DNA of 64,000 nt from positions 1,521 through 65,520 of the forward strand of contig MFHU01000003.1 in NCBI GenBank assembly GCA_001778695.1, given 5' to 3'. This DNA comes from Candidatus Giovannonibacteria bacterium RIFCSPHIGHO2_12_FULL_44_22 (GTDB lineage: Bacteria > Patescibacteriota > Minisyncoccia > UBA11713 > 2-01-FULL-45-33). Under the pieces are notes generated by a model. The model ran no database searches, was not told the DNA's origin, and worked only from the letters and a program-made list of their open reading frames with translations. The position numbers and the translations under genes are program-made. Position 1 is the stretch's first letter, and the number at the start of each line of letters is the position of its first letter. Shown here piece after piece: positions 8,286 to 18,546 of the stretch.

Positions 8286-10316
8286 CTAAATTATAAACGG
8301 AATTATGAGGAGGGCGACGATGTTGACCACTTTTATCATCGGATTAATCGCGGGACCGGCGGTGTCTTTGTATGGGTCGCCGACGGTGTCTCCGGTGACG
8401 GCGGCTTTATGCGCGTCCGAACCTTTGCCTCCGTAATTTCCTTCTTCAATAAATTTTTTGGCGTTATCCCAAGCGGCGCCTCCGGAAGTCATTGAGATCG
8501 CCATGAAAAATCCGGTAAGAATCACGCCGATTAAAAGCCCGCCCAAAGCTTTCGGTCCCAAAATAAATCCGACTAAAATTGTAACTAAAATCGGAAGCAA
8601 CGCCGGCAAAATCATTTCTTTCAAGGCCGCGCCGGTTACAATATCCACTGTTTTGGCGTAATCCGGTTTTTGGGTTCCCGCCATGATGCCCGGCAATTCT
8701 TTAAATTGTCTCCGTACTTCTAAAACCACCGCTCCAGCCGCTCTGCCAACCGCGCGCATGGCCAAAGACCCGAAAATATATGGAAGCATCCCGCCGATAA
8801 ATAAACCGGTGATGACCGAGGGGTCGGAAAGCCCAAAAACGGCGCCGGCGCCTTTTGAAATTAATTCCGAAGCGTAAGCGGAAAAAAGCACCATGGCGGC
8901 GAGCCCCGCCGAAGCGATGGCATAGCCCTTTGTGATGGCTTTGGTTGTGTTGCCCACGGCGTCCAATGGGTCGGTAATTTCGCGGACGCTTTTGGGCATA
9001 CCGGCCATCTCGGCGATTCCTCCTGCGTTGTCGGTAATCGGTCCGAATGAATCAATGGCCACGATTATTCCGGTCATGGAAAGCATTGAAACCGCTGAGA
9101 ATGCCACTCCGTAAAGACCAGCGAAATGATACGCGCCCCAAGCGGAAAAAGCGATAAGCAAAGCAGGCAAAGCGGTTGATTCCAAAGAATAGGCCAAGCC
9201 GATTATAATATTCGTGCCGTGGCCGGACTGCGAGCTTTTGGCGATATCTTTAACCGGGCGAAATTTTTTGGAAGTGTAATATTCGGTAATTAAAACAATT
9301 CCCAAAACCACAACGAGCCCCAAAAGAGACGCCAGGAAATAATCCGACGATTTGCCGGGGATTTTTACTATATTTTTAAATAATTCGTTCCCGGAGGTTC
9401 CAGGAACAATTACAAATTCTTTTATTGCGAAATAAAATCCGGCGGCCGAAAGAATCCCCGCCGCCGCCAAGCCTTTATATAATCCCAACATGATTTTTGT
9501 TTTTTCTGACACTTTTACAAAATAAAATCCGATGATTGAAGCAATAATCGCGACGCTGCCCAAAAACAAAGGAAGTAAAATTGCGGCGTCTGAACCGGAA
9601 AAAACCGAAGCGCCTAAAAGCATCGCGGCGATTAAAGTGACGGCGTAAGTTTCAAAAAGATCCGTCGCCATTCCTGCGCAATCGCCGACGTTGTCGCCGA
9701 CCAAATCGGCAATCACCGCGGGGTTCCTGGGGTCGTCCTCCGGAATTCCGACCTCCGTTTTTCCAACCAAATCCGCGCCGACATCAGCCGCTTTGGTGTA
9801 AATTCCTCCGCCCAATCGCGAAAAAACGGAAATCAAAGATCCGCCGAATCCCACGCCGACTAAGGCGGCTAAATCATTTATCCAATTCCAAAATCCCGCG
9901 ACAACCAAAAGGCCCAACCCCACAACCAAAAATCCAGTAACCGCGCCGCCTTTAAACGCCAAAGAAAAAGCCTTTTTTAAACCTGATTTCGCGCCCTCGG
10001 CAACACGGGAATTGGCCATCACGGCGGTTTTCATCCCCAAATAAGCCGCCAAGGACGATGCCAAAGCGCCGATTATGAAACCGATGGCGATATTTTTTCC
10101 CAAAAAAATCCACAAAAGCAGGGCGATTGCTACGCCTACTATTAATACGGATTTAAACTGCCTTTTTAAAAAGGCACCTGACCCAACGCGGATGGCTTCG
10201 GCGATTTCTTTCATTTTGTCATCTCCCTCCGGCGCTCTTTTTACGCTTCTCCTCAAACCCAGCGCGAAAAGTATTGATAATATTCCTGTCCCTATGGCAA
10301 AATATTCTATGGTCAT
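8286..10316 (-). CDS. hppA: membrane-bound proton/sodium-translocating pyrophosphatase
   Basis: 676 aa polytopic protein with [27 protein letters not shown] and [14 protein letters not shown] pyrophosphatase motifs. Confidence 0.92.
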   Translation of the reverse strand: MTIEYFAIGTGILSILFALGLRRSVKRAPEGDDKMKEIAEAIRVGSGAFLKRQFKSVLIVGVAIALLLWIFLGKNIAIGFIIGALASSLAAYLGMKTAVMANSRVAEGAKSGLKKAFSLAFKGGAVTGFLVVGLGLLVVAGFWNWINDLAALVGVGFGGSLISVFSRLGGGIYTKAADVGADLVGKTEVGIPEDDPRNPAVIADLVGDNVGDCAGMATDLFETYAVTLIAAMLLGASVFSGSDAAILLPLFLGSVAIIASIIGFYFVKVSEKTKIMLGLYKGLAAAGILSAAGFYFAIKEFVIVPGTSGNELFKNIVKIPGKSSDYFLASLLGLVVVLGIVLITEYYTSKKFRPVKDIAKSSQSGHGTNIIIGLAYSLESTALPALLIAFSAWGAYHFAGLYGVAFSAVSMLSMTGIIVAIDSFGPITDNAGGIAEMAGMPKSVREITDPLDAVGNTTKAITKGYAIASAGLAAMVLFSAYASELISKGAGAVFGLSDPSVITGLFIGGMLPYIFGSLAMRAVGRAAGAVVLEVRRQFKELPGIMAGTQKPDYAKTVDIVTGAALKEMILPALLPILVTILVGFILGPKALGGLLIGVILTGFFMAISMTSGGAAWDNAKKFIEEGNYGGKGSDAHKAAVTGDTVGDPYKDTAGPAINPMIKVVNIVALLIIPFII

Positions 10317-10402
10317 ACCAGGTAGTAGAACTTCGCGTTAATGATAATGGCTGCTCGGTAGCGACGCGAAGTTTCACTACCTGGCATAATGGTTATTAGT
10401 AT
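10317..10402 (-). promoter_or_regulatory. long imperfect hairpin in the hppA 5' leader ending at the start codon
   Basis: CAGGTAGTAGAACTTCGCGT ... ACGCGAAGTTTCACTACCTG is an inverted repeat of about 20 bp with a 30-nt loop. The 3' arm abuts the hppA ATG. Confidence 0.4.
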
Positions 10403-10543
10403 AATAAATTTTTATAAAAAATAAAAGCCCCAGTATTGTTACCTGAAGCTTTCCAGATCCTCAGTTTGTTTATCTCTCAATTTTTCTCAAGAGAATGGCC
10501 AGCTTACAGCCTTTTACATGGGTAATCTCGGTTAACCCCACTG

Positions 10544-10900
10544 CTATAGCCATTTTCCGTACATAGCCCTGGTTTTCCCATCTGGCATCTTTTCTGTTTG
10601 ATCAAGCGTTGGCAGATGGCTAAATTGTTTGTTGGGTTCACCGGCAGGCGTGAAATCAAGAGCACATAATAGCCCCTTACTGAGATTGAGTTCATGAGTA
10701 GCCAGATAAATAGAGACATGCGCAACCAGTTTTTCAAACTCAAATCTGGAAAGTCCGGCTTCGAGTTCCATCAAACTTGCTATCGCATTCTCTGCAACTT
10801 TATTCTGACGCATTTCTGTAAGGGTTATCTTGTTACGATCCAATACTGAAGCAAGAAGTCTGTAAAACTGATTTCTTTCCTGTTCATCATTCAGATTCAT
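10544..10900 (-). CDS. hypothetical protein
   Basis: 118-aa ORF. No motif recognised. Confidence 0.35.
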   Translation of the reverse strand: MNLNDEQERNQFYRLLASVLDRNKITLTEMRQNKVAENAIASLMELEAGLSRFEFEKLVAHVSIYLATHELNLSKGLLCALDFTPAGEPNKQFSHLPTLDQTEKMPDGKTRAMYGKWL

Positions 10901-11095
10901 AATTTATTCTCCTTTTTATTTTGTCTTTCTTAGTTATTGTTTTTAAGGTACTTAGTTTCTTGTTCAATGATAGTATATTATTAAACACTTGTCAAGCGCT
11001 TTTGGTAGTTTTTAGCGAAAAAAGACCCAAAATGTCTAAAAAGCCCTTATTTAGAGCCATTTTTTGGACTGGCCATTTTTGGGTTTTAACGCCCC

Positions 11096-11172
11096 CTAGC
11101 CCCCTCTTACATTAAGAGGGGGAATTTTCTCCCCCTTAGAGTAAGGGGGATTAAGGGGGTTACTCCCCCGCG
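11096..11172. repeat. three consecutive G5/C5-stem hairpins spanning the nusA stop codon
   Basis: CCCCCTCTTA-CAT-TAAGAGGGGG; TCCCCCTTA-GAG-TAAGGGGGA; GGGGG-TTACT-CCCCC. No adjacent T-tract. Candidate REP-like element or unconventional terminator. Confidence 0.5.
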
Positions 11173-12443
11173 ATTCCTTCTCCTGAAACTTCGCCTTCGC
11201 TGGTCGCTTCGGCGACGGTTTCGCCAGTGCGCGAGCGGATGTCAATTTTATATCCGGTGAGTTTAGCGGCCAAGCGGACATTCTGCCCGCCTTTGCCGAT
11301 TGCCAGAGAAAGCTGATCTTCGGCCACGGTAACTTTAGCGTGTTTGATATCTTCGTCAATTTCCACTTCCAGCGCTTTGGCCGGAGAAATCGCGGATGAA
11401 ATAAATCTTTCCTTGTCTTCCGACCATGGGATGATGTCTATTTTTTCTCCGCCCAATTCAGCGATCACGGTTGTCACGCGGACGCCTTTTTGCCCGACGC
11501 ATGAGCCGACCGGGTCAATATTTTCTTCTTTGGATGAAACAGCAATTTTGGTGCGGCTACCGGCTTCCCGGGCAACATTTTTTATCTCAACCGCGCCCGA
11601 AGCGATTTCCGGAACTTCAATTTCAAAAAGTTTTGAAACCAGCTGAGGATGCGATCTGGAAAGATAAACACCGGGACCGCGCGGCATTTTTTCCGCTTTT
11701 AAAAGCAATACTTTGATTCTTTCGCCGATTCTGTATCTTTCGCCGCGCACCTGCTCGTCGGGCGGGAGCACGCCGATGGTTCTTCCTAAATCCAAAAATA
11801 CCAGCCGGCCTTCCACTCTTTGCACTATACCGCTGATTACCTCGCCTTCTTTTTCTTTGAATTCGTCAAACACGGAATCTCTTTCGGCTTCGCGGACTCT
11901 TTGCAAAATAACCTGTTTGGCGGTCTGCGCCGCGATTCTTCCGTAATCTTCTTTGGATTCCAGCGGAAAAGTAAGCTCATCGCCGACTTTTGCGTCCTTC
12001 TTGGTTTTTTTGGCGTCGGCCAACATAATGTGCCGGTCGGAGTTGAAGCGGACTTTTCTAATTTCGCCAGCCTCGCCGATTTCGCTTTCTCCGCCCAAAG
12101 CTTCCCGAGCCGCCTCTTTTACAGTCCATTTTTCTGTTTCCCCGCCCAAACCTGCGGATTGTGGCGGGCTCGCCTGAATGCCTTGGCTTTCGGCGAGTTC
12201 CACGGCGATTTCTTCTTCGGATTTAATCATAGATTCGTCCACAACAAGCTTTACCTGCCAAAATTCTGCTTTGCCTGTCGCGATATCAAATTTGGCGCGG
12301 ATTAACTGCGTTTTTTTGCCGTAATCTCTTTTATAAGCGGCGGCCAAAGCCATATCAATCGTCTCCAGAATTTTTTCCTTGGAGATGCCTTTTTCGGAGG
12401 CCAACTGGTCCAACGCCGCGTTGAAATTTTTTATGTCTAACAT
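11160..12443 (-). CDS. nusA: transcription termination/antitermination factor NusA
   Basis: 427 aa with N-terminal domain, S1 (GEVISGIVQRVEG) and two KH domains (KIDIIPWSED..., AIGKGGQNVRLAAKLTGYKIDI). Confidence 0.92.
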   Translation of the reverse strand: MLDIKNFNAALDQLASEKGISKEKILETIDMALAAAYKRDYGKKTQLIRAKFDIATGKAEFWQVKLVVDESMIKSEEEIAVELAESQGIQASPPQSAGLGGETEKWTVKEAAREALGGESEIGEAGEIRKVRFNSDRHIMLADAKKTKKDAKVGDELTFPLESKEDYGRIAAQTAKQVILQRVREAERDSVFDEFKEKEGEVISGIVQRVEGRLVFLDLGRTIGVLPPDEQVRGERYRIGERIKVLLLKAEKMPRGPGVYLSRSHPQLVSKLFEIEVPEIASGAVEIKNVAREAGSRTKIAVSSKEENIDPVGSCVGQKGVRVTTVIAELGGEKIDIIPWSEDKERFISSAISPAKALEVEIDEDIKHAKVTVAEDQLSLAIGKGGQNVRLAAKLTGYKIDIRSRTGETVAEATSEGEVSGEGIAGE

Positions 12444-12453
12444 ATTATTAATA

Positions 12454-13059
12454 TTATTTTGTAAAACCTATCTGTCCTTTTGGTTTACTTTCTTGTATAA
12501 GAAGCTGTTTTAATACGTCAAAAACTTGCCTTAATTTAGCGTCGTATTTTTTTTCCATATTTTCTATCTTTACCCTTAACCCTTTGTTGGTCGCCAGTAA
12601 TTCTCTTAATTTAGTAAAAGTTCTTATAACTTGGATATTTACTTGTATGGCTCTGTCGCTGTTTAAAACGCTGGAAAGCATAGCTACGCCTTGCTCAGTA
12701 AAAGCGTGCGGCAGATAGCGTCTCCCGCCCCAACTTGAGGTTTCAATTTGTGACCTCAAGTTTTTAAATTCCTTTTCTGATAGCTGAAACATAAAATCTG
12801 GCGGGAAGCGGTCAATGTTTCTTTTGACTGCTAGGTTAAGCACTTTGGTTCCAACCTCATACAGCTCGGCGAGATCTTTGTCTATCATCACCCTTCTGCC
12901 CTTGATTAAAAATATCCTACTGATAATCCGCTCGCTCGGTATTGTTATAACGCCTCTTTTATAAAAACCGCTTTTTGTTTTGCCCATATTTTTTAAAATT
13001 AAAAGCCCATCGTAATGATGGACTCTTTTAAGCTTAGCAAGGATAGGAAGAGATGTCAA
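12454..13059 (-). CDS. ORF6N-domain (KilA-N/antirepressor-related) protein
   Basis: IKGRRVMIDKDLAELYEVGTKVLNLAVKRNIDRFPPDFMFQLS...RYLPHAFTEQGVAMLSSVLNSDRAIQVNI matches the ORF6N domain. Such proteins are usually phage or mobile-element associated. Confidence 0.75.
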   Translation of the reverse strand: MTSLPILAKLKRVHHYDGLLILKNMGKTKSGFYKRGVITIPSERIISRIFLIKGRRVMIDKDLAELYEVGTKVLNLAVKRNIDRFPPDFMFQLSEKEFKNLRSQIETSSWGGRRYLPHAFTEQGVAMLSSVLNSDRAIQVNIQVIRTFTKLRELLATNKGLRVKIENMEKKYDAKLRQVFDVLKQLLIQESKPKGQIGFTK

Positions 13060-13092
13060 ATCTCCCGATTCGCTTCAGTGATAATGAAAGCT

Positions 13093-13590
13093 TTATTTAG
13101 CAGAATTTCGCCACTGATTTCTTTTGTTTTCTTCCATTCTTGACCATTGCTTCGCCATAACTTCGTCAGAAAGTTTTTTATCTTTCGGCAACATTATACT
13201 TGCCTTCTCCGATGTAGGCAGATTATCCATATGACGGATGCCGTTTGATGTCATAACAAAATATTCTCCTTCTATTTCTCTTTCTATTTTTATGTATTTG
13301 CTATCGTTTAGTGTGGAGCAATCTTTAATTTCTAGCTTGGAAAGTATTGTTTTTGTCTTATCTCTCGGTGGCAAGTTTTGAATGCGCAGTAAATCTAAAT
13401 ATTTCAATACCATTTTTTCCTCATTACTCAGAAGATTATCGGAGATACTATTAGCAAGAGTAATTTTATCTCTCCCAACAACGTCGCCATCAACATTGGC
13501 TTTTTTAATAACTTGTTTGGTGGAAGGAGAATTCTTTCTATTAAGAAAGTTTAAATGAAGTGCGCCAAGAATTTTATCAATGATATGCAT
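13093..13590 (-). CDS. hypothetical protein
   Basis: 165-aa ORF, very AT-rich. No recognised domain. Confidence 0.4.
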   Translation of the reverse strand: MHIIDKILGALHLNFLNRKNSPSTKQVIKKANVDGDVVGRDKITLANSISDNLLSNEEKMVLKYLDLLRIQNLPPRDKTKTILSKLEIKDCSTLNDSKYIKIEREIEGEYFVMTSNGIRHMDNLPTSEKASIMLPKDKKLSDEVMAKQWSRMEENKRNQWRNSAK

Positions 13591-13595
13591 ATATT

Positions 13596-14039
13596 TTATT
13601 TTTTAAACATCACATCAAGTTTTTCTTGGTTTTTGACTCTATTTATTATTTGTAAATTAGACTTATTTAGTTCCTCTTTTATATATTTAATTGTTTCTGG
13701 ATCTTTTTCTGTTTTTAACAGATCACTTATTATTTCTTTATAAAGTTTAATTGCTTTAATTCTTCCTTTAATACCACTTGCAAAAAAACAAAAAATTAAA
13801 ATCCCTAATGAAACATACCAAGGAAACACAGTTGTTCTAATGGAAACAATAACAGCGACAATAAGAATTGAATAAGCGATATAAAAATAAGCACGCGGGT
13901 TTTTTATAAAACCTTCGGGCGTTTCTGAAAGAAAACCCAACCTTGAAATAGTGAGCCACTCCTCCAGTTTGAGAGAAAACAAGAAATATATTAAAACCAA
14001 AACTAAAAATAATAAATCATACATATAATACCCCACCAT
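13596..14039 (-). CDS. hypothetical membrane protein
   Basis: 147 aa with three predicted TM helices. Confidence 0.45.
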   Translation of the reverse strand: MVGYYMYDLLFLVLVLIYFLFSLKLEEWLTISRLGFLSETPEGFIKNPRAYFYIAYSILIVAVIVSIRTTVFPWYVSLGILIFCFFASGIKGRIKAIKLYKEIISDLLKTEKDPETIKYIKEELNKSNLQIINRVKNQEKLDVMFKK

Positions 14040-14229
14040 AGCTCAAAATCACCTGATTTTCAAGGCGATGGGTATTTTATTAGGTTGAGCCTTGCGCACT
14101 TACAGTTATCAACCTTAAACTTGAATTGTAAGTTTGAGCGCTATCGCCCTCAGATTTAGAATTGGCTTAACACGGTTTTAATAATTTCAAAACCGCCGGG
14201 TTTTCAGGGCGCATGTTATACTTATTCAT

Positions 14230-15186
14230 ATGGCTGGTGGGTTTGTTGAAAGTTTGAATCTTAAAAAAACTTGCGCCGAGTATCGGGTGGGACTTTGGCA
14301 ATGCCCCCAGTTTTTATTTTTGGTAATGGGCGCGGTTATTATTTCGGCCATAATGGTCACTTATATCGTGGCTAGCCGTTACGAAGAGCCGGAAATCGCG
14401 TCCTTGGTGGTTTTAGTTCTCGCCGCGATTTTATTCGCCATCGGTAATTTAATAGTGCGCGCTTTTGAACAAGTGGCTTTGTCTTCGCGTTCCAAATCCG
14501 AGTTTATAAGTATAATGTCTCATCAATTGCGCTCGCCCTTGTCTGCAGTAAAATGGCAGGTGAATTTTTTACTTTCGGATGCTCAAAGAAAAACACCGGA
14601 TGCGGCCTCGATGCAAAAATATCTCCAAACGGTGTATGATCAAAATGAGCGGATGATTAGGTCGGTAAACGATCTTTTAGAGGTCAACCGCATAGAGGAC
14701 AACGACCTTGTTTTGCGCCCTACGCTTTTTTCCATAGAGGATATCACCAAAAAGATCGCGGGCGAATATAAAAGTTTTGCCGCGGCCAGCAATGTTAATA
14801 TAGAAGTAGCCGTCACGGGTTTGGCGCCTACCATATATGCCGATGAAGAAAGAATCAAGTATGTGATGGAGCATCTCATGGACAATGCCGTAAGATACAG
14901 TTCCATGGGTGGTAAGGTTTCCATAAGTATTGCGGTTGAAGGCGGTAAGCTGGTTTGGAAAATTATTGACCAAGGCGCCGGCATTCCGCCAAAAGATCAG
15001 AAAAGGATTTTTGAAAAATTTTTCCGCTCGGACCAAGCTTTGCGATATCAAACAGAGGGTTCGGGCGTGGGGCTTTTTATCGTAAAATCTATTATAAAAA
15101 AATCCGGCGGAGAAGTAGGTTTCACTTCGTCGCTAGGCCAAGGGTCGATGTTTTGGTTCCAATTACCAATTAAAAATAACGTATGA
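14230..15186 (+). CDS. two-component sensor histidine kinase
   Basis: Two N-terminal TM helices, HisKA H-box (SIMSHQLRSPL), HATPase_c (N, G1 DQGAGIP, G2 GSGVGL). Confidence 0.85.
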   Translation: MAGGFVESLNLKKTCAEYRVGLWQCPQFLFLVMGAVIISAIMVTYIVASRYEEPEIASLVVLVLAAILFAIGNLIVRAFEQVALSSRSKSEFISIMSHQLRSPLSAVKWQVNFLLSDAQRKTPDAASMQKYLQTVYDQNERMIRSVNDLLEVNRIEDNDLVLRPTLFSIEDITKKIAGEYKSFAAASNVNIEVAVTGLAPTIYADEERIKYVMEHLMDNAVRYSSMGGKVSISIAVEGGKLVWKIIDQGAGIPPKDQKRIFEKFFRSDQALRYQTEGSGVGLFIVKSIIKKSGGEVGFTSSLGQGSMFWFQLPIKNNV

Positions 15187-15560
15187 AAAAGATTTTATTT
15201 GTTGAAGACGAGGAAGCTCTGCAGCGCGCCATGGGCGACATGCTGGAGCGGGCTGGCTATACTGTGCTCAAGGCTTTGGACGGAGAGGCGGGGCTCGCCA
15301 TGGCCAAAAAAGAAATTCCCGATTTGATTCTTTTGGATTTGGTTTTGCCGAAAAAGAACGGCTTTGAATTTCTTGAGGAAATAAAAAAAGACGCATCTGC
15401 TAAAAATATTCCGGTGATCGTGCTGACCAATTTGGAGGGCAGCGCCGAAGTGGAGCGGGCTTTATCTTTGGGCGCCACCACTTATTTGGTTAAAGCTAAT
15501 TACAAATTAGACGAACTTCTCGGAAAAATTGAGATAATCTTGGGCCATCACGCAAAATAA
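15183..15560 (+). CDS. single-domain response regulator (receiver only)
   Basis: 125-aa CheY-like receiver (DLILLDLVLP, phospho-Asp context, KNIPVIVLT). Translationally coupled to the kinase, and directly upstream of pilB. Confidence 0.85.
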   Translation: MKKILFVEDEEALQRAMGDMLERAGYTVLKALDGEAGLAMAKKEIPDLILLDLVLPKKNGFEFLEEIKKDASAKNIPVIVLTNLEGSAEVERALSLGATTYLVKANYKLDELLGKIEIILGHHAK

Positions 15561-15563
15561 AAA

Positions 15564-17315
15564 ATGAAAATAGAAGAGCAACAATTGAAGGCCTTCCTCT
15601 TAGATTCGGAGCTGGTAAAAAAAGAAGATATTAAAAAGGCCGAAACGGAAGCCAAGAAAAGCGGCAAAAAAATAGACGATGTTCTTTTAGCTTGGGGAAA
15701 AATAAACGAGGAAGAGCTGGCGCGATTAAAAGCTTATATTTTAGGGATTCCCTTCGTGAACCTGGAAGGGGAAAAAATTGACGCGAAAGTGCTGGCCGTG
15801 ATTCCCGAGCCCATCGCCAAAAAACATAATATTGTTTCATTTAAAAAAAACGGCAGCAATTTGGAGGTGGCTATGCTGGATCCAGAAGATCTTGTGACTA
15901 TTGAATTTATCAAAAAAACCGCGGATTTTAAAATTTTTCCACGCCTGACCAATGTCGCTTCCATGAAATACGTCCTTTCGCAGTACCAGAAAAGCTTGGC
16001 GGCGGAATTTGGAGAAATTATAAAAGTGGATAGCGAGACGCTGGCCACGGTGCTTAAAGAACCTGGTGACGAAGTTGATGTTGAAGATTTAAAAAAAACC
16101 GCGGAGGATTTGCCCATCGTCCGCATCGTGGATACTTTAATAAGGCACGCAATTTTACAGCGCTCTTCCGACATTCATATTGAGCCCACGGAAAAAGAAG
16201 TTTTGGTAAGATATCGCATAGACGGAATTTTGCACAACGCCATGGTTCTGCCCAAGCAGGTGACTTCTGGAATTGTGGCTCGCATCAAAGTTTTGGCAAA
16301 TTTAAAATTGGACGAGCATCGCCTGCCGCAGGACGGCCGTTTTAAAATTGAAACTACAGAGTACAAATATTCTTTGCGCGTTTCCATACTGCCTGTTTTT
16401 GACGGCGAAAAAGTCGTAATGCGGCTCCTTCCGGAAAATGCCAAAGGGTTCACTTTAGAAGATTTGGGTTTTCACGGAGAAGCTTTGGAGGCGCTTTATA
16501 AAAATATTAAAAAGCCATTGGGGATGATTTTGGCCACAGGCCCCACGGGCTCCGGGAAAACCACCACGCTTTACACTATTTTATCTTTGCTCAACCTTCC
16601 CGGAGTAAATATTTCAACAATTGAGGACCCGGTTGAATACAGGATGCCAAGAGTCAATCAAACGCAGGTCAGGCCGGATATCGGACTTTCTTTTGCTACT
16701 GGACTTCGTTCGCTGGTTCGCCAGGACCCGGATATTATTATGGTGGGAGAAATTCGCGATACCGAAACCGCCAACTTGGCCATCAATGCGGCGCTCACCG
16801 GCCATTTGGTGCTTTCATCGCTCCACACCAATTCCGCCGCCGGGTCTTTGCCTAGACTTTTGGATATGAAAGTGGAGCCGTTTTTAATAGTTTCCACCAC
16901 CAATGCCATAATTGCCCAAAGATTAGTGCGAAAGCTCTGTGGGGAGCCGGAAAAACATATTCTTACCGAAGCCGAGATAAAAAAATTAGGCGAGCACGTG
17001 GATTTGGAGCGGGTTTTGGAATTTTTGAAAAAAGAAAAAATAGTTTCGCTCAAAGCAGTTTGGAAAGATATTCCCTTTTTTAGGCCGAAGCTTACGGCGG
17101 AATGCCAAGACGGCTATTCCGACCGCATCGGCATTCATGAGGTTTTGGAAATGACTCCGACAATCAAGGATTTGCTTATGAAGAGCGCCACCTCCGACCA
17201 GATTGAGGAGCAGGCAAAAAAAGAAGGCATGATGACCATGGTGGAGGATGGCATAACGAAATGCGTTCAAGGGCTCACAACCATAGAAGAAGTGTTTAGG
17301 GTGACAATGGAATAA
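15564..17315 (+). CDS. pilB: type IV pilus assembly ATPase PilB/GspE
   Basis: 583 aa. N-terminal GSPII_E_N domain, Walker A GPTGSGKTTT, Asp box, His box. Confidence 0.9.
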   Translation: MKIEEQQLKAFLLDSELVKKEDIKKAETEAKKSGKKIDDVLLAWGKINEEELARLKAYILGIPFVNLEGEKIDAKVLAVIPEPIAKKHNIVSFKKNGSNLEVAMLDPEDLVTIEFIKKTADFKIFPRLTNVASMKYVLSQYQKSLAAEFGEIIKVDSETLATVLKEPGDEVDVEDLKKTAEDLPIVRIVDTLIRHAILQRSSDIHIEPTEKEVLVRYRIDGILHNAMVLPKQVTSGIVARIKVLANLKLDEHRLPQDGRFKIETTEYKYSLRVSILPVFDGEKVVMRLLPENAKGFTLEDLGFHGEALEALYKNIKKPLGMILATGPTGSGKTTTLYTILSLLNLPGVNISTIEDPVEYRMPRVNQTQVRPDIGLSFATGLRSLVRQDPDIIMVGEIRDTETANLAINAALTGHLVLSSLHTNSAAGSLPRLLDMKVEPFLIVSTTNAIIAQRLVRKLCGEPEKHILTEAEIKKLGEHVDLERVLEFLKKEKIVSLKAVWKDIPFFRPKLTAECQDGYSDRIGIHEVLEMTPTIKDLLMKSATSDQIEEQAKKEGMMTMVEDGITKCVQGLTTIEEVFRVTME

Positions 17316-17319
17316 ACCT

Positions 17320-18543
17320 ATGCCTCTCTATCATTATAAAGCGCGGGATAAGGAAGGGCGGGATGTTGAAGGTGAAAGGGAAGGAAAAGACAAATATGAT
17401 TTGGCTCATGCTTTGCGCGCGGAGGGAATGACGCCGCTTTTTGTTTTGGAAGCAGGAGTGTCTGGCAGGAAAAAAACTTTAAACAATTATATTCCGGATT
17501 TTCTTAAAAGGATTTCTTTGGAGGAAAAGCTGAATTTCACCAGAAACATCGCCGTGATGATTGGCGCAGGCGTGAGCTTGGCCAAGGCTTTGGAAGTCAT
17601 GGCGCGGCAGACCGCGAACGAAAAATTTAAAATAGTCATACTCACCATGGCAGAGGCCATCAAAAAAGGCAAAAATTTTTCGGACGCTCTGGGGGAGCAC
17701 CCAGAAGTTTTTCCGAAATTTTATCAGGAGATGGCCAGAGCCGGCGAAAAATCTGGAAAACTGGAGGAATCTTTAAAGCTGGTAGCTTTGCAGTTAAAAA
17801 AAGATTACACGCTTCGGAGAAAAATTAGAAGCGCGATGGTATATCCAGCCATTATAATGATTGCCATGGTCGGCATCGGAATTTTAATGATGATTTATGT
17901 GGTGCCGACATTAGTTTCAACTTTTAAAGAGCTTAATGTGACATTGCCGCTCTCAACTAGATTTATTATTTTTATAAGCGAATCTATTTTGCAAAGCGGC
18001 CTGATTTTTTTATTGGCCACGGCTATCTTGGGATATTTTATTTACCGCTGGGGAAAATCACAAATTGGCAAAGAACAGATTGATTGGATTCTTACCCGCC
18101 TGCCGGTGATCAAGGGCATCAACCAAAAATTCAACGCGGCCAGGACTTGCCGCACCTTGAGCTCTCTGATTTCTTCCGGCGTGAATATTTTGGAAGCTAT
18201 ATCAATCACTAAAGAAGTTTTGCAAAATCATTTTTATCAAAATATTTTGGAAGACGCCCGCCTGAAAATCCAGCGCGGCGAAACCATCTCGCGGGCATTT
18301 TTGAGTTCAGAGAGTCTTTACCCTCCACTGGTGGGAGAAATGACGGCCATTGGAGAGGAAACCGGAGAACTTTCCCAGATGCTTTTGCGGCTCGCGTCAT
18401 TTTATGAAAGCGAGGTCAGCCAGGCCACTAAAGACCTCTCCACAATTATTGAGCCCTTGCTGATGATTGTCATTGGCATTATCGTTGGATTTTTCGCCGT
18501 GTCCATGATTTCTCCGATGTATAATTTAGTGGGAGCGTTTTAA
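17320..18543 (+). CDS. pilC: type IV pilus platform protein PilC/GspF
   Basis: 407 aa with duplicated T2SF domains and three TM segments. Confidence 0.88.
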   Translation: MPLYHYKARDKEGRDVEGEREGKDKYDLAHALRAEGMTPLFVLEAGVSGRKKTLNNYIPDFLKRISLEEKLNFTRNIAVMIGAGVSLAKALEVMARQTANEKFKIVILTMAEAIKKGKNFSDALGEHPEVFPKFYQEMARAGEKSGKLEESLKLVALQLKKDYTLRRKIRSAMVYPAIIMIAMVGIGILMMIYVVPTLVSTFKELNVTLPLSTRFIIFISESILQSGLIFLLATAILGYFIYRWGKSQIGKEQIDWILTRLPVIKGINQKFNAARTCRTLSSLISSGVNILEAISITKEVLQNHFYQNILEDARLKIQRGETISRAFLSSESLYPPLVGEMTAIGEETGELSQMLLRLASFYESEVSQATKDLSTIIEPLLMIVIGIIVGFFAVSMISPMYNLVGAF

Positions 18544-18546
18544 TTT

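Noticed and set aside
14040-14229. Possible structured ncRNA upstream of the histidine kinase gene
   Set aside because: Only short complementary segments (GGCGAT/ATCGCC, GGTTTTAA/TCAAAACC). No recognisable family signature. Needs covariance analysis.
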